Shown here piece by piece: positions 1-12,444 of a DNA stretch of 64,000 nucleotides. The position numbers were made by a program, and so were the translations under genes. The notes below the pieces were generated by a model. That model was not told where the DNA came from, made no database searches, and was given only the letters and a program-made list of their open reading frames with translations. Every line of letters begins with the position of its first letter. Positions within the stretch are counted from its first letter, which is position 1. The stretch is from Eledone cirrhosa (lineage: Eukaryota). The stretch is from assembly GCA_964016885.1 (NCBI GenBank), contig OZ024744.1:13330001-13394000 (forward strand), written 5' to 3'.

Positions 1-3000
1 TAAAGCCACTCTCTAAATTGAGAGATCACAACTCCAATACTATGGACATGGGGTTTGAAAGTCTCAGTAGATTAGAGTGTCACTCCAGTTAAAGCTACTC
101 TCTATATTGAGAGATCACAACTCCAATACTATGGACATGTGGTTAGAATGTCTCAGTAGATCAGAGAATCACTCCAGTTAAAGCTACTCTCGAAATTGAG
201 AGATCACATCTCCCATACTATGGACATGTGGTTAGAATGTCTCAGTAGATCAGGGAGTCATTCCAGTTAAAGCCACTCTCTAAGTTGAGAGATCACAACT
301 CCCATACTATGAACGTGTGGTTAGAATGTCTCAGTAGATCAGAGAATCACTCCAGTTAAAGCTACTCTCTAAATTGAGAGATCACAACTCCAATACTATG
401 GACATGTGGTTAGAATGTCTCAGTAGATCAGAGAATCACTCCAGTTAAAGCTACTCTCTAAATTGAGAGATCACATCTCCCATACTATGGACATGTGGTT
501 AGAATGTCTCAGTAGAACAGAGAGTCTCTCTTGTTAAAGCTACTCTCTAAATTGAGAGATCACAACTCCATACTATGGACATGTGGTTAGAATGTCTCAG
601 TAGAACAGAGAGTCTCTCTTGTTAAAGCTACTCTCTAAATTGAGAGATCACAACTCCATACTATGGACATGGGGTTTGAAAGTCTCAGCAGATTAGAGTG
701 TCACTCCAGTTAAAGCCACTCTCTAAATTCAGAGATCACAGCTCCAACACTATGGACATGGGGTTTGAATGTCTCAGTAGATCAGAGAGTCACTCCAGTT
801 AAAGCTACTCTCTATATTGAGAGATCACAACTCCAATAATATGGACATGTGGTTAGAATGTCTCAGTAGATCAGGGAATTATTCTTGTAAAATCTACTCT
901 CTAAATTGAGAGATCACAACTCCCATACTATGGACATGTGGTTACAATCTCTCAGTAGATCAGAGAGTCATTCCAGTTAAAGCCACTCTCTAAATTGAGA
1001 GATCACAACTCCCATACTATGGACGTGTGGTTAGAATGTCTCAGTAGATCAGAGAATCACTCCAGTTAAAGCTACTCTCTAAATTGAGAGATCACAACTC
1101 CCATACTATGGAAATGTGGTTAGAACGTCTCAGTAGATCAGAGAGTCACTCCAGTTAAAGCCACTCTCTAAATTGAGAGATCACAACTCCCATGCTATGG
1201 ACATGTTGTTTAAATGTCTCAGTAGATCAGAGAGTCACTCCAGTTAAAGCTGCTCTCTAAATTGAGAGATCACAACTCCCATACTATGGACATGGGGTTT
1301 GAATGTCTCAGTAGATCAGAGAGTCACTCCAGTTAAAGCTACTCTCTAAATTGAGAGATCACAACTCCAATAATATGGACATGTGGTTAGAATGTCTCAG
1401 TAGATCAGGGAGTTATTCTTGTTAAATCTACTCTCTAAATTGAGAGATCACAACTCCCATACTATGGACATGTGGTTACAATCTCTCAGTAGATCAGAGA
1501 GTCATTCCAGTTAAAGCCACTCTCTAAATTGAGAGATCACAACTCCCATACTATGGACGTGTGGTTAGAATGTCTCAGTAGATCAGAGAATCACTCCAGT
1601 TAAAGCTACTCTCTACATTGAGAGATCACAACTCCCATACTATAGAAATGTGTTTAGAATGTCTCAGTAGATCAGTGAGTCACTCCAGTTAAAGCCACTC
1701 TCTAAATTGAGAGATCACAACTCCAATACTATGGACATGTGGTTAGAATGTCTCAGTAGATCAGAAAGTCACTCCAGTTAAAGCTACACTCTAAATTGAG
1801 AGATCACAACTCCAATATTATGGACATGGGGTTAGAATGTCTCAGTAGATCAGAGTGTCACTCCAGTTAAAGCCACTCTCTAAATTGAGGGATCACAGCT
1901 CCCATACTATGGACATGTTGTTAGAATGTCTCAGTAGATCAGAGAGTCACTCCAGTTAAAGCCACTCTCTAAATTGAGAGATCACAACTCCAATACTATG
2001 GACATGGGGTTTGAAAGTCTCAGTAGATTAGAGTGTCACTCCAGTTAAAGCTACTCTCTAAATTGAGAGATCACAACTCCAATACTATGGACATGTGGTT
2101 AGAATGTCTCAGTAGATCAGAGAATCACTCCAGTTAAAGCTACTCTCGAAATTGAGAGATCACATCTCCCATACTATGGACATGTGGTTAGAATGTCTCA
2201 GTAGATCAGGGAGTCATTCTTGTTAAATCTACTCTATAAATTGAGAGATCAGAACTCCTATACGATGGACATGTGGTTACAATCTCTCAGTAGATCAGAG
2301 AGTCACTCCAGTTAAAGCCACTCTCTAAATTGAGAGATCACAACTCCAATACTATGGACATGGGGTTTGAATGTCTCACTAGATCAGAGAGTCACTCCAG
2401 TTAAAGCTACTCTCTAAATTGAGAGATTACAACTCCAATACTATGGACATGTGGTTAGAATGTCTCAGTAGATCAGAGAATCACTGCAGTTAAAGCTACT
2501 CTCTAAATTGAGAGATCACATCTCCCATACTATGGACATGTGGTTAGAATGTCTCAGTAGAACAGAGAGTCTCTCCTGTTAAAGCTACTCTCTAAATTGA
2601 GAGATCACAACTCCATACTATGGACATGTGGTTAGAATGTCTCAGTAGATCAGAGAATCACTCCAGTTAAAGCTACTCTCTAAATTGAGAGATCACATCT
2701 CCCATACTATGGACATGTGGTTAGAATGTCTCAGTAGAACAGAGAGTCTCTCTTGTTAAAGCTACTCTCTAAATTGAGAGATCACAACTCCATACTATGG
2801 ACATGGGGTTTGAAAGTCTCAGTAGATTAGAGTGTCACTCCAGTTAAAGCCACTCTCTAAATTCAGAGATCACAACTCCAACACTATGGACATGGGGTTT
2901 GAATGTCTCAGTAGATCAGAGGGTCACTCCAGTCAAAGCTACTCTCTAAATTGAGAGATCACAACTCCCATACTATGGAAATGTGGTTAGAACGTCTCAG

Positions 3001-6000
3001 TAGATCAGAGAGTCACTCCAGTTAAAGCCACTCTCTAAATTGAGAGATCACAACTCCAATACTATGGACATGTGGTTAGAATGTCTCAGTAGATCAGAAA
3101 GTCACTCCAGTTAAAGCTACACTCTAAATTGAGAGATCACAACTCCTATACTATGGACATGGTGTTAGAATGTCTCAGTAGATCACAGTGTCACTCCAGT
3201 TAAAGCCACTCTCTAAATTGAGAGATCACAACTCCCATACTATGGACGTGTGGTTAGAATGTCTCAGTACACCAGAGAATCACTCCAGTTAAAGCTACTC
3301 TCTAAATTGAGAGATCACAACTCCAATACTATGGACATGGTGTTTGAATGTCTCAGTAGATCAGAGAATCACTCCAGTTAAAGCTGCTCTCTAAATTGAG
3401 AGATCACATCTCCCATACTATGGACATGTGGTTAGAATGTCTCAGTAGAACAGAGAGTTTCTCTTATTAAAGCTACTCTCTAAATTGAGAGATCACAACT
3501 CCATACTATGGACATGTGGTTAGAATCTCTCAGTAGATCAGAGAGTCATTCCAGTTAAAGCCACTCTCTAAATTGAGAGATCACAACTCCCATACTATGA
3601 ACGTGTGGTTAGAATGTCTCAGTAGATCAGAGAATCACTCCAGTTAAAGCTACTCTCTAAATTGAGAGATCACAACTCCCATACTATAGAAATGTGGTTA
3701 GAATGTCTCAGTAGATCAGTGAGTCACTCCAGTTAAAGCCACTCTCTAAATTGAGAGATCACAACTCCAATACTATGGACATGTGGTTAGAATGTCTCAG
3801 TAGATCAGAAAGTCCCTCCAGTTAAAGCTACACTCTAAATTGAGAGATCACAACTCCAATATTATGGACATGGGGTTAGAATGTCTCAGTAGATCAGAGT
3901 GTCACTCCAGTTAAAGCCACTCTCTAAATTGAGGGATCACAGCTCCCATACTATGGACATGTTGTTAGAATGTCTCAGTAGATCAGAGAGTCACTCCAGT
4001 TAAAGCCACTCTCTAAATTGAGAGATCACAACTCCAATACTATGGACATGGGGTTTGAAAGTCTCAGTAGATTAGAGTGTCACTCCAGTTAAAGCCACTC
4101 TCTAAATTGAGAGATCACAACTCCAATACTATGGACATGGGGTTTGAATGTCTCACTAGATCAGAGAGTCACTCCAGTTAAAGCTACTCTCTAAATTGAG
4201 AGATTACAACTCCAATACTATGGACATGTGGTTAGAATGTCTCAGTAGATCAGAGAATCACTCCAGTTAAAGCTACTCTCTAAATTGAGGGATCACATCT
4301 CCCATACTATGGACATGTGGTTAGAATGGCTCAGTAGAACAGAGAGTCTCTCTTGTTAAAGCTACTCTCTAAATTGAGAGATCACAACTCCATACTATGG
4401 ACATGGGGTTTGAAAGTCTCAGTAGATTAGAGTGTCACTCCATTTAAAGCCACTCTCTAAATTCAGAGATCACAGCTCCAACACTATGGACATGGGGTTT
4501 GAATGTCTCAGTAGATCAGAGTGTCACTCCAGTTAAAGTTACTCTCTGAATTGAGAGATCACAACTCCAATAATATGGACATGGGGTTTGAATGTCTGAG
4601 TAGATCAGAGAGTCACTCCAGTTAAAGCTACTCTCTAAATTGAGAGATCACAACTCCAATAATATGGACATGTGGTTAGAATGTCTCAGTAGATCAGGGA
4701 GTTATTCTTGTTAAATCTACTCTCTAAATTGAGAGATCACAACTCCCATACTATGGACATGTGGTTACAATCTCTCAGTAGATCAGAGAGTCATTCCAGT
4801 TAAAGCCACTCCCTAAATTGAGAGATCACAACTCCCATACTATGGAAATGTGGTTAGAACGTCTCAGTAGATCAGAGAGTCACTCCAGTTAAAGCCACTC
4901 TCTAAATTGAGAGATCACAACTCCCATGCTATGGACATGTTGTTTAAATGTCTCAGTAGATCAGAGAGTCACTCCAGTTAAAGCTGCTCTCTAAATTGAG
5001 AGATCACAACTCCCATACTATGGACATGGGGTTTGAATGTCTCACTAGATCAGAGAGTCACTCCAGTTAAAGCTACTCTCTAAATTGAGAGATCACAACT
5101 CCAATACTATGGACATGTGGTTAGAATGTCTCAGTAGATCAGAGAATCACTCCAGTTAAAGCTGCTCTCTAAATTGAGAGATCACAACTCCCATACTATG
5201 GACATGGGGTTTGAATGTCTCACTAGATCAGAGAGTCACTCCAGTTAAAGCTACTCTCTAAATTGAGAGATCACAACTCCAATACTATGGACATGTGGTT
5301 AGAATGTCTCAGTAGATCAGAGAATCACTCCAGTTAAAGCTGCTCTCTAAATTGAGAGATCACATCTCCCATACTATGGACATGTGGTTAGAATGTCTCA
5401 GTAGAACAGAGAGTCTCTCTTGTTAAAGCTACTCTCTAAATTGAGAGATCACAACTCCATACTATGGACATGTGGTTAGAATCTCTCAGTAGATCAGAGA
5501 ATCACTCCAGTTAAAGCTACTCTCTAAATTGAGAGATCACAACTCCCATATTATGGAAATGTGGTTAGAATGTCTCAGTAGATCAGAGAGTCACTCCAGT
5601 TAAAGCCACTCTCTAAATTCAGAGATCACAACTCCAATACTATGGACATGTGGTTAGAATGTCTCAGTAGATCAGAAAGTCACTCCAGTTAAAGCTACAC
5701 TCTAAATTGAGAGATCACAACTCCAATACTATGGACATGGGGTTAGAATGTCTCAGTAGATCAGAGTGTCACTCCAGTTAAAGCCACTCTCTAAATTGAG
5801 GGATCACAACTCCCATACTATGGACATGTTGTTAGAATGTCTCAGTAGATCAGAGAGTCAATCCAGTTAAAGCCACTCTCTAAATTGAGAGATCACAACT
5901 CCAATACTATGGACATGGGGTTTGAAAGTCTCAGTAGATTAGAGTGTCACTCCAGTTAAAGCTACTCTCTAAATTGAGAGATCACAACTCCATACTATGG

Positions 6001-6311
6001 ACATGTGGTTAGAATCTCTCAGTAGATCAGAGAGTCATTCCAGTTAAAGCCACTCTCTAAATTGAGAGATCACAACTCCCATACTATGAACGTGTGGTTA
6101 GAATGTCTCAGTAGATCAGAGAATCACTCCAGTTAAAGCTACTCTCTAAATTGAGAGATCACAACTCCAATACTATGGACATGGAGTTAGAATGTCTCAG
6201 TAGATAAGAGTGTCACTCCAGTTAAAGCTACACTCTAAATTGAGAGATCACAACTCCAATACTATGGACATGGAGTTAGAATGTCTCAGTAGATCAGAGA
6301 GTCACTCCAGT
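1..6311. repeat. Large HOR copy 1 (71 monomers, 6311 bp; start set by the window edge)
   Basis: The private variant CTCAGCAGATTAG has its C at 689, 7000 and 13133. The first spacing is 6311 = 71x89-8. The order of variant monomers is repeated from 6312. Confidence 0.93.
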
Positions 6312-9300
6312 TAAAGCCACTCTCTAAATTGAGAGATCACAACTCCAATACTATGGACATGGGGTTTGAAAGTCTCAGTAGATTAGAGTGTCACTCCAGT
6401 TAAAGCTACTCTCTATATTGAGAGATCACAACTCCAATACTATGGACATGTGGTTAGAATGTCTCAGTAGATCAGAGAATCACTCCAGTTAAAGCTACTC
6501 TCGAAATTGAGAGATCACATCTCCCATACTATGGACATGTGGTTAGAATGTCTCAGTAGATCAGGGAGTCATTCCAGTTAAAGCCACTCTCTAAGTTGAG
6601 AGATCACAACTCCCATACTATGAACGTGTGGTTAGAATGTCTCAGTAGATCAGAGAATCACTCCAGTTAAAGCTACTCTCTAAATTGAGAGATCACAACT
6701 CCAATACTATGGACATGTGGTTAGAATGTCTCAGTAGATCAGAGAATCACTCCAGTTAAAGCTACTCTCTAAATTGAGAGATCACATCTCCCATACTATG
6801 GACATGTGGTTAGAATGTCTCAGTAGAACAGAGAGTCTCTCTTGTTAAAGCTACTCTCTAAATTGAGAGATCACAACTCCATACTATGGACATGTGGTTA
6901 GAATGTCTCAGTAGAACAGAGAGTCTCTCTTGTTAAAGCTACTCTCTAAATTGAGAGATCACAACTCCATACTATGGACATGGGGTTTGAAAGTCTCAGC
7001 AGATTAGAGTGTCACTCCAGTTAAAGCCACTCTCTAAATTCAGAGATCACAGCTCCAACACTATGGACATGGGGTTTGAATGTCTCAGTAGATCAGAGAG
7101 TCACTCCAGTTAAAGCTACTCTCTATATTGAGAGATCACAACTCCAATAATATGGACATGTGGTTAGAATGTCTCAGTAGATCAGGGAATTATTCTTGTA
7201 AAATCTACTCTCTAAATTGAGAGATCACAACTCCCATACTATGGACATGTGGTTACAATCTCTCAGTAGATCAGAGAGTCATTCCAGTTAAAGCCACTCT
7301 CTAAATTGAGAGATCACAACTCCCATACTATGGACGTGTGGTTAGAATGTCTCAGTAGATCAGAGAATCACTCCAGTTAAAGCTACTCTCTAAATTGAGA
7401 GATCACAACTCCCATACTATGGAAATGTGGTTAGAACGTCTCAGTAGATCAGAGAGTCACTCCAGTTAAAGCCACTCTCTAAATTGAGAGATCACAACTC
7501 CCATGCTATGGACATGTTGTTTAAATGTCTCAGTAGATCAGAGAGTCACTCCAGTTAAAGCTGCTCTCTAAATTGAGAGATCACAACTCCCATACTATGG
7601 ACATGGGGTTTGAATGTCTCAGTAGATCAGAGAGTCACTCCAGTTAAAGCTACTCTCTAAATTGAGAGATCACAACTCCAATAATATGGACATGTGGTTA
7701 GAATGTCTCAGTAGATCAGGGAGTTATTCTTGTTAAATCTACTCTCTAAATTGAGAGATCACAACTCCCATACTATGGACATGTGGTTACAATCTCTCAG
7801 TAGATCAGAGAGTCATTCCAGTTAAAGCCACTCTCTAAATTGAGAGATCACAACTCCCATACTATGGACGTGTGGTTAGAATGTCTCAGTAGATCAGAGA
7901 ATCACTCCAGTTAAAGCTACTCTCTACATTGAGAGATCACAACTCCCATACTATAGAAATGTGTTTAGAATGTCTCAGTAGATCAGTGAGTCACTCCAGT
8001 TAAAGCCACTCTCTAAATTGAGAGATCACAACTCCAATACTATGGACATGTGGTTAGAATGTCTCAGTAGATCAGAAAGTCACTCCAGTTAAAGCTACAC
8101 TCTAAATTGAGAGATCACAACTCCAATATTATGGACATGGGGTTAGAATGTCTCAGTAGATCAGAGTGTCACTCCAGTTAAAGCCACTCTCTAAATTGAG
8201 GGATCACAGCTCCCATACTATGGACATGTTGTTAGAATGTCTCAGTAGATCAGAGAGTCACTCCAGTTAAAGCCACTCTCTAAATTGAGAGATCACAACT
8301 CCAATACTATGGACATGGGGTTTGAAAGTCTCAGTAGATTAGAGTGTCACTCCAGTTAAAGCTACTCTCTAAATTGAGAGATCACAACTCCAATACTATG
8401 GACATGTGGTTAGAATGTCTCAGTAGATCAGAGAATCACTCCAGTTAAAGCTACTCTCGAAATTGAGAGATCACATCTCCCATACTATGGACATGTGGTT
8501 AGAATGTCTCAGTAGATCAGGGAGTCATTCTTGTTAAATCTACTCTATAAATTGAGAGATCAGAACTCCTATACGATGGACATGTGGTTACAATCTCTCA
8601 GTAGATCAGAGAGTCACTCCAGTTAAAGCCACTCTCTAAATTGAGAGATCACAACTCCAATACTATGGACATGGGGTTTGAATGTCTCACTAGATCAGAG
8701 AGTCACTCCAGTTAAAGCTACTCTCTAAATTGAGAGATTACAACTCCAATACTATGGACATGTGGTTAGAATGTCTCAGTAGATCAGAGAATCACTGCAG
8801 TTAAAGCTACTCTCTAAATTGAGAGATCACATCTCCCATACTATGGACATGTGGTTAGAATGTCTCAGTAGAACAGAGAGTCTCTCCTGTTAAAGCTACT
8901 CTCTAAATTGAGAGATCACAACTCCATACTATGGACATGTGGTTAGAATGTCTCAGTAGATCAGAGAATCACTCCAGTTAAAGCTACTCTCTAAATTGAG
9001 AGATCACATCTCCCATACTATGGACATGTGGTTAGAATGTCTCAGTAGAACAGAGAGTCTCTCTTGTTAAAGCTACTCTCTAAATTGAGAGATCACAACT
9101 CCATACTATGGACATGGGGTTTGAAAGTCTCAGTAGATTAGAGTGTCACTCCAGTTAAAGCCACTCTCTAAATTCAGAGATCACAACTCCAACACTATGG
9201 ACATGGGGTTTGAATGTCTCAGTAGATCAGAGGGTCACTCCAGTCAAAGCTACTCTCTAAATTGAGAGATCACAACTCCCATACTATGGAAATGTGGTTA

Positions 9301-12300
9301 GAACGTCTCAGTAGATCAGAGAGTCACTCCAGTTAAAGCCACTCTCTAAATTGAGAGATCACAACTCCAATACTATGGACATGTGGTTAGAATGTCTCAG
9401 TAGATCAGAAAGTCACTCCAGTTAAAGCTACACTCTAAATTGAGAGATCACAACTCCTATACTATGGACATGGTGTTAGAATGTCTCAGTAGATCACAGT
9501 GTCACTCCAGTTAATGCCACTCTCTAAATTGAGAGATCACAACTCCCATACTATGGACGTGTGGTTAGAATGTCTCAGTACACCAGAGAATCACTCCAGT
9601 TAAAGCTACTCTCTAAATTGAGAGATCACAACTCCAATACTATGGACATGGTGTTTGAATGTCTCAGTAGATCAGAGAATCACTCCAGTTAAAGCTGCTC
9701 TCTAAATTGAGAGATCACATCTCCCATACTATGGACATGTGGTTAGAATGTCTCAGTAGAACAGAGAGTTTCTCTTATTAAAGCTACTCTCTAAATTGAG
9801 AGATCACAACTCCATACTATGGACATGTGGTTAGAATCTCTCAGTAGATCAGAGAGTCATTCCAGTTAAAGCCACTCTCTAAATTGAGAGATCACAACTC
9901 CCATACTATGAACGTGTGGTTAGAATGTCTCAGTAGATCAGAGAATCACTCCAGTTAAAGCTACTCTCTAAATTGAGAGATCACAACTCCCATACTATAG
10001 AAATGTGGTTAGAATGTCTCAGTAGATCAGTGAGTCACTCCAGTTAAAGCCACTCTCTAAATTGAGAGATCACAACTCCAATACTATGGACATGTGGTTA
10101 GAATGTCTCAGTAGATCAGAAAGTCCCTCCAGTTAAAGCTACACTCTAAATTGAGAGATCACAACTCCAATATTATGGACATGGGGTTAGAATGTCTCAG
10201 TAGATCAGAGTGTCACTCCAGTTAAAGCCACTCTCTAAATTGAGGGATCACAGCTCCCATACTATGGACATGTTGTTAGAATGTCTCAGTAGATCAGAGA
10301 GTCACTCCAGTTAAAGCCACTCTCTAAATTGAGAGATCACAACTCCAATACTATGGACATGGGGTTTGAAAGTCTCAGTAGATTAGAGTGTCACTCCAGT
10401 TAAAGCCACTCTCTAAATTGAGAGATCACAACTCCAATACTATGGACATGGGGTTTGAATGTCTCACTAGATCAGAGAGTCACTCCAGTTAAAGCTACTC
10501 TCTAAATTGAGAGATTACAACTCCAATACTATGGACATGTGGTTAGAATGTCTCAGTAGATCAGAGAATCACTCCAGTTAAAGCTACTCTCTAAATTGAG
10601 GGATCACATCTCCCATACTATGGACATGTGGTTAGAATGGCTCAGTAGAACAGAGAGTCTCTCTTGTTAAAGCTACTCTCTAAATTGAGAGATCACAACT
10701 CCATACTATGGACATGGGGTTTGAAAGTCTCAGTAGATTAGAGTGTCACTCCATTTAAAGCCACTCTCTAAATTCAGAGATCACAGCTCCAACACTATGG
10801 ACATGGGGTTTGAATGTCTCAGTAGATCAGAGTGTCACTCCAGTTAAAGTTACTCTCTGAATTGAGAGATCACAACTCCAATAATATGGACATGGGGTTT
10901 GAATGTCTGAGTAGATCAGAGAGTCACTCCAGTTAAAGCTACTCTCTAAATTGAGAGATCACAACTCCAATAATATGGACATGTGGTTAGAATGTCTCAG
11001 TAGATCAGGGAGTTATTCTTGTTAAATCTACTCTCTAAATTGAGAGATCACAACTCCCATACTATGGACATGTGGTTACAATCTCTCAGTAGATCAGAGA
11101 GTCATTCCAGTTAAAGCCACTCCCTAAATTGAGAGATCACAACTCCCATACTATGGAAATGTGGTTAGAACGTCTCAGTAGATCAGAGAGTCACTCCAGT
11201 TAAAGCCACTCTCTAAATTGAGAGATCACAACTCCCATGCTATGGACATGTTGTTTAAATGTCTCAGTAGATCAGAGAGTCACTCCAGTTAAAGCTGCTC
11301 TCTAAATTGAGAGATCACAACTCCCATACTATGGACATGGGGTTTGAATGTCTCACTAGATCAGAGAGTCACTCCAGTTAAAGCTACTCTCTAAATTGAG
11401 AGATCACAACTCCAATACTATGGACATGTGGTTAGAATGTCTCAGTAGATCAGAGAATCACTCCAGTTAAAGCTGCTCTCTAAATTGAGAGATCACATCT
11501 CCCATACTATGGACATGTGGTTAGAATGTCTCAGTAGAACAGAGAGTCTCTCTTGTTAAAGCTACTCTCTAAATTGAGAGATCACAACTCCATACTATGG
11601 ACATGTGGTTAGAATCTCTCAGTAGATCAGAGAATCACTCCAGTTAAAGCTACTCTCTAAATTGAGAGATCACAACTCCCATATTATGGAAATGTGGTTA
11701 GAATGTCTCAGTAGATCAGAGAGTCACTCCAGTTAAAGCCACTCTCTAAATTCAGAGATCACAACTCCAATACTATGGACATGTGGTTAGAATGTCTCAG
11801 TAGATCAGAAAGTCACTCCAGTTAAAGCTACACTCTAAATTGAGAGATCACAACTCCAATACTATGGACATGGGGTTAGAATGTCTCAGTAGATCAGAGT
11901 GTCACTCCAGTTAAAGCCACTCTCTAAATTGAGGGATCACAACTCCCATACTATGGACATGTTGTTAGAATGTCTCAGTAGATCAGAGAGTCAATCCAGT
12001 TAAAGCCACTCTCTAAATTGAGAGATCACAACTCCAATACTATGGACATGGGGTTTGAAAGTCTCAGTAGATTAGAGTGTCACTCCAGTTAAAGTTACTC
12101 TCTAAATTGAGAGATCACAACTCCATACTATGGACATGTGGTTAGAATCTCTCAGTAGATCAGAGAGTCATTCCAGTTAAAGCCACTCTCTAAATTGAGA
12201 GATCACAACTCCCATACTATGAACGTGTGGTTAGAATGTCTCAGTAGATCAGAGAATCACTCCAGTTAAAGCTACTCTCTAAATTGAGAGATCACAACTC

Positions 12301-12444
12301 CAATACTATGGACATGGAGTTAGAATGTCTCAGTAGATAAGAGTGTCACTCCAGTTAAAGCTACACTCTAAATTGAGAGATCACAACTCCAATACTATGG
12401 ACATGGAGTTAGAATGTCTCAGTAGATCAGAGAGTCACTCCAGT
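6312..12444. repeat. Large HOR copy 2 (69 monomers, 6133 bp)
   Basis: The spacing from 7000 to 13133 is 6133 = 69x89-8. It is near-identical to copy 1 but lacks one 178-bp two-monomer unit. Visible SNPs lie near 9515 (TTAATGCC) and 12095 (AAAGTTAC). Confidence 0.93.

Noticed and set aside
1-89. Hammerhead ribozyme satellite (as in newt or schistosome satellites)
   Set aside because: There is no CUGANGA core on either strand of the consensus (the minus strand has CTGATCT and CTGAGAC), and no correctly placed GAAA.
1-89. CENP-B box, or identity with alpha satellite or Arabidopsis CEN178
   Set aside because: The CENP-B box needs TTCG...CGGG and the consensus has no CpG. I see no sequence resemblance to these satellites, and the 178-bp match is only a length coincidence of the dimer.
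1-89. Tandem tRNA, 5S or snRNA gene array
   Set aside because: There are no recognisable A/B boxes, TTC loop, cloverleaf or poly-T terminator.
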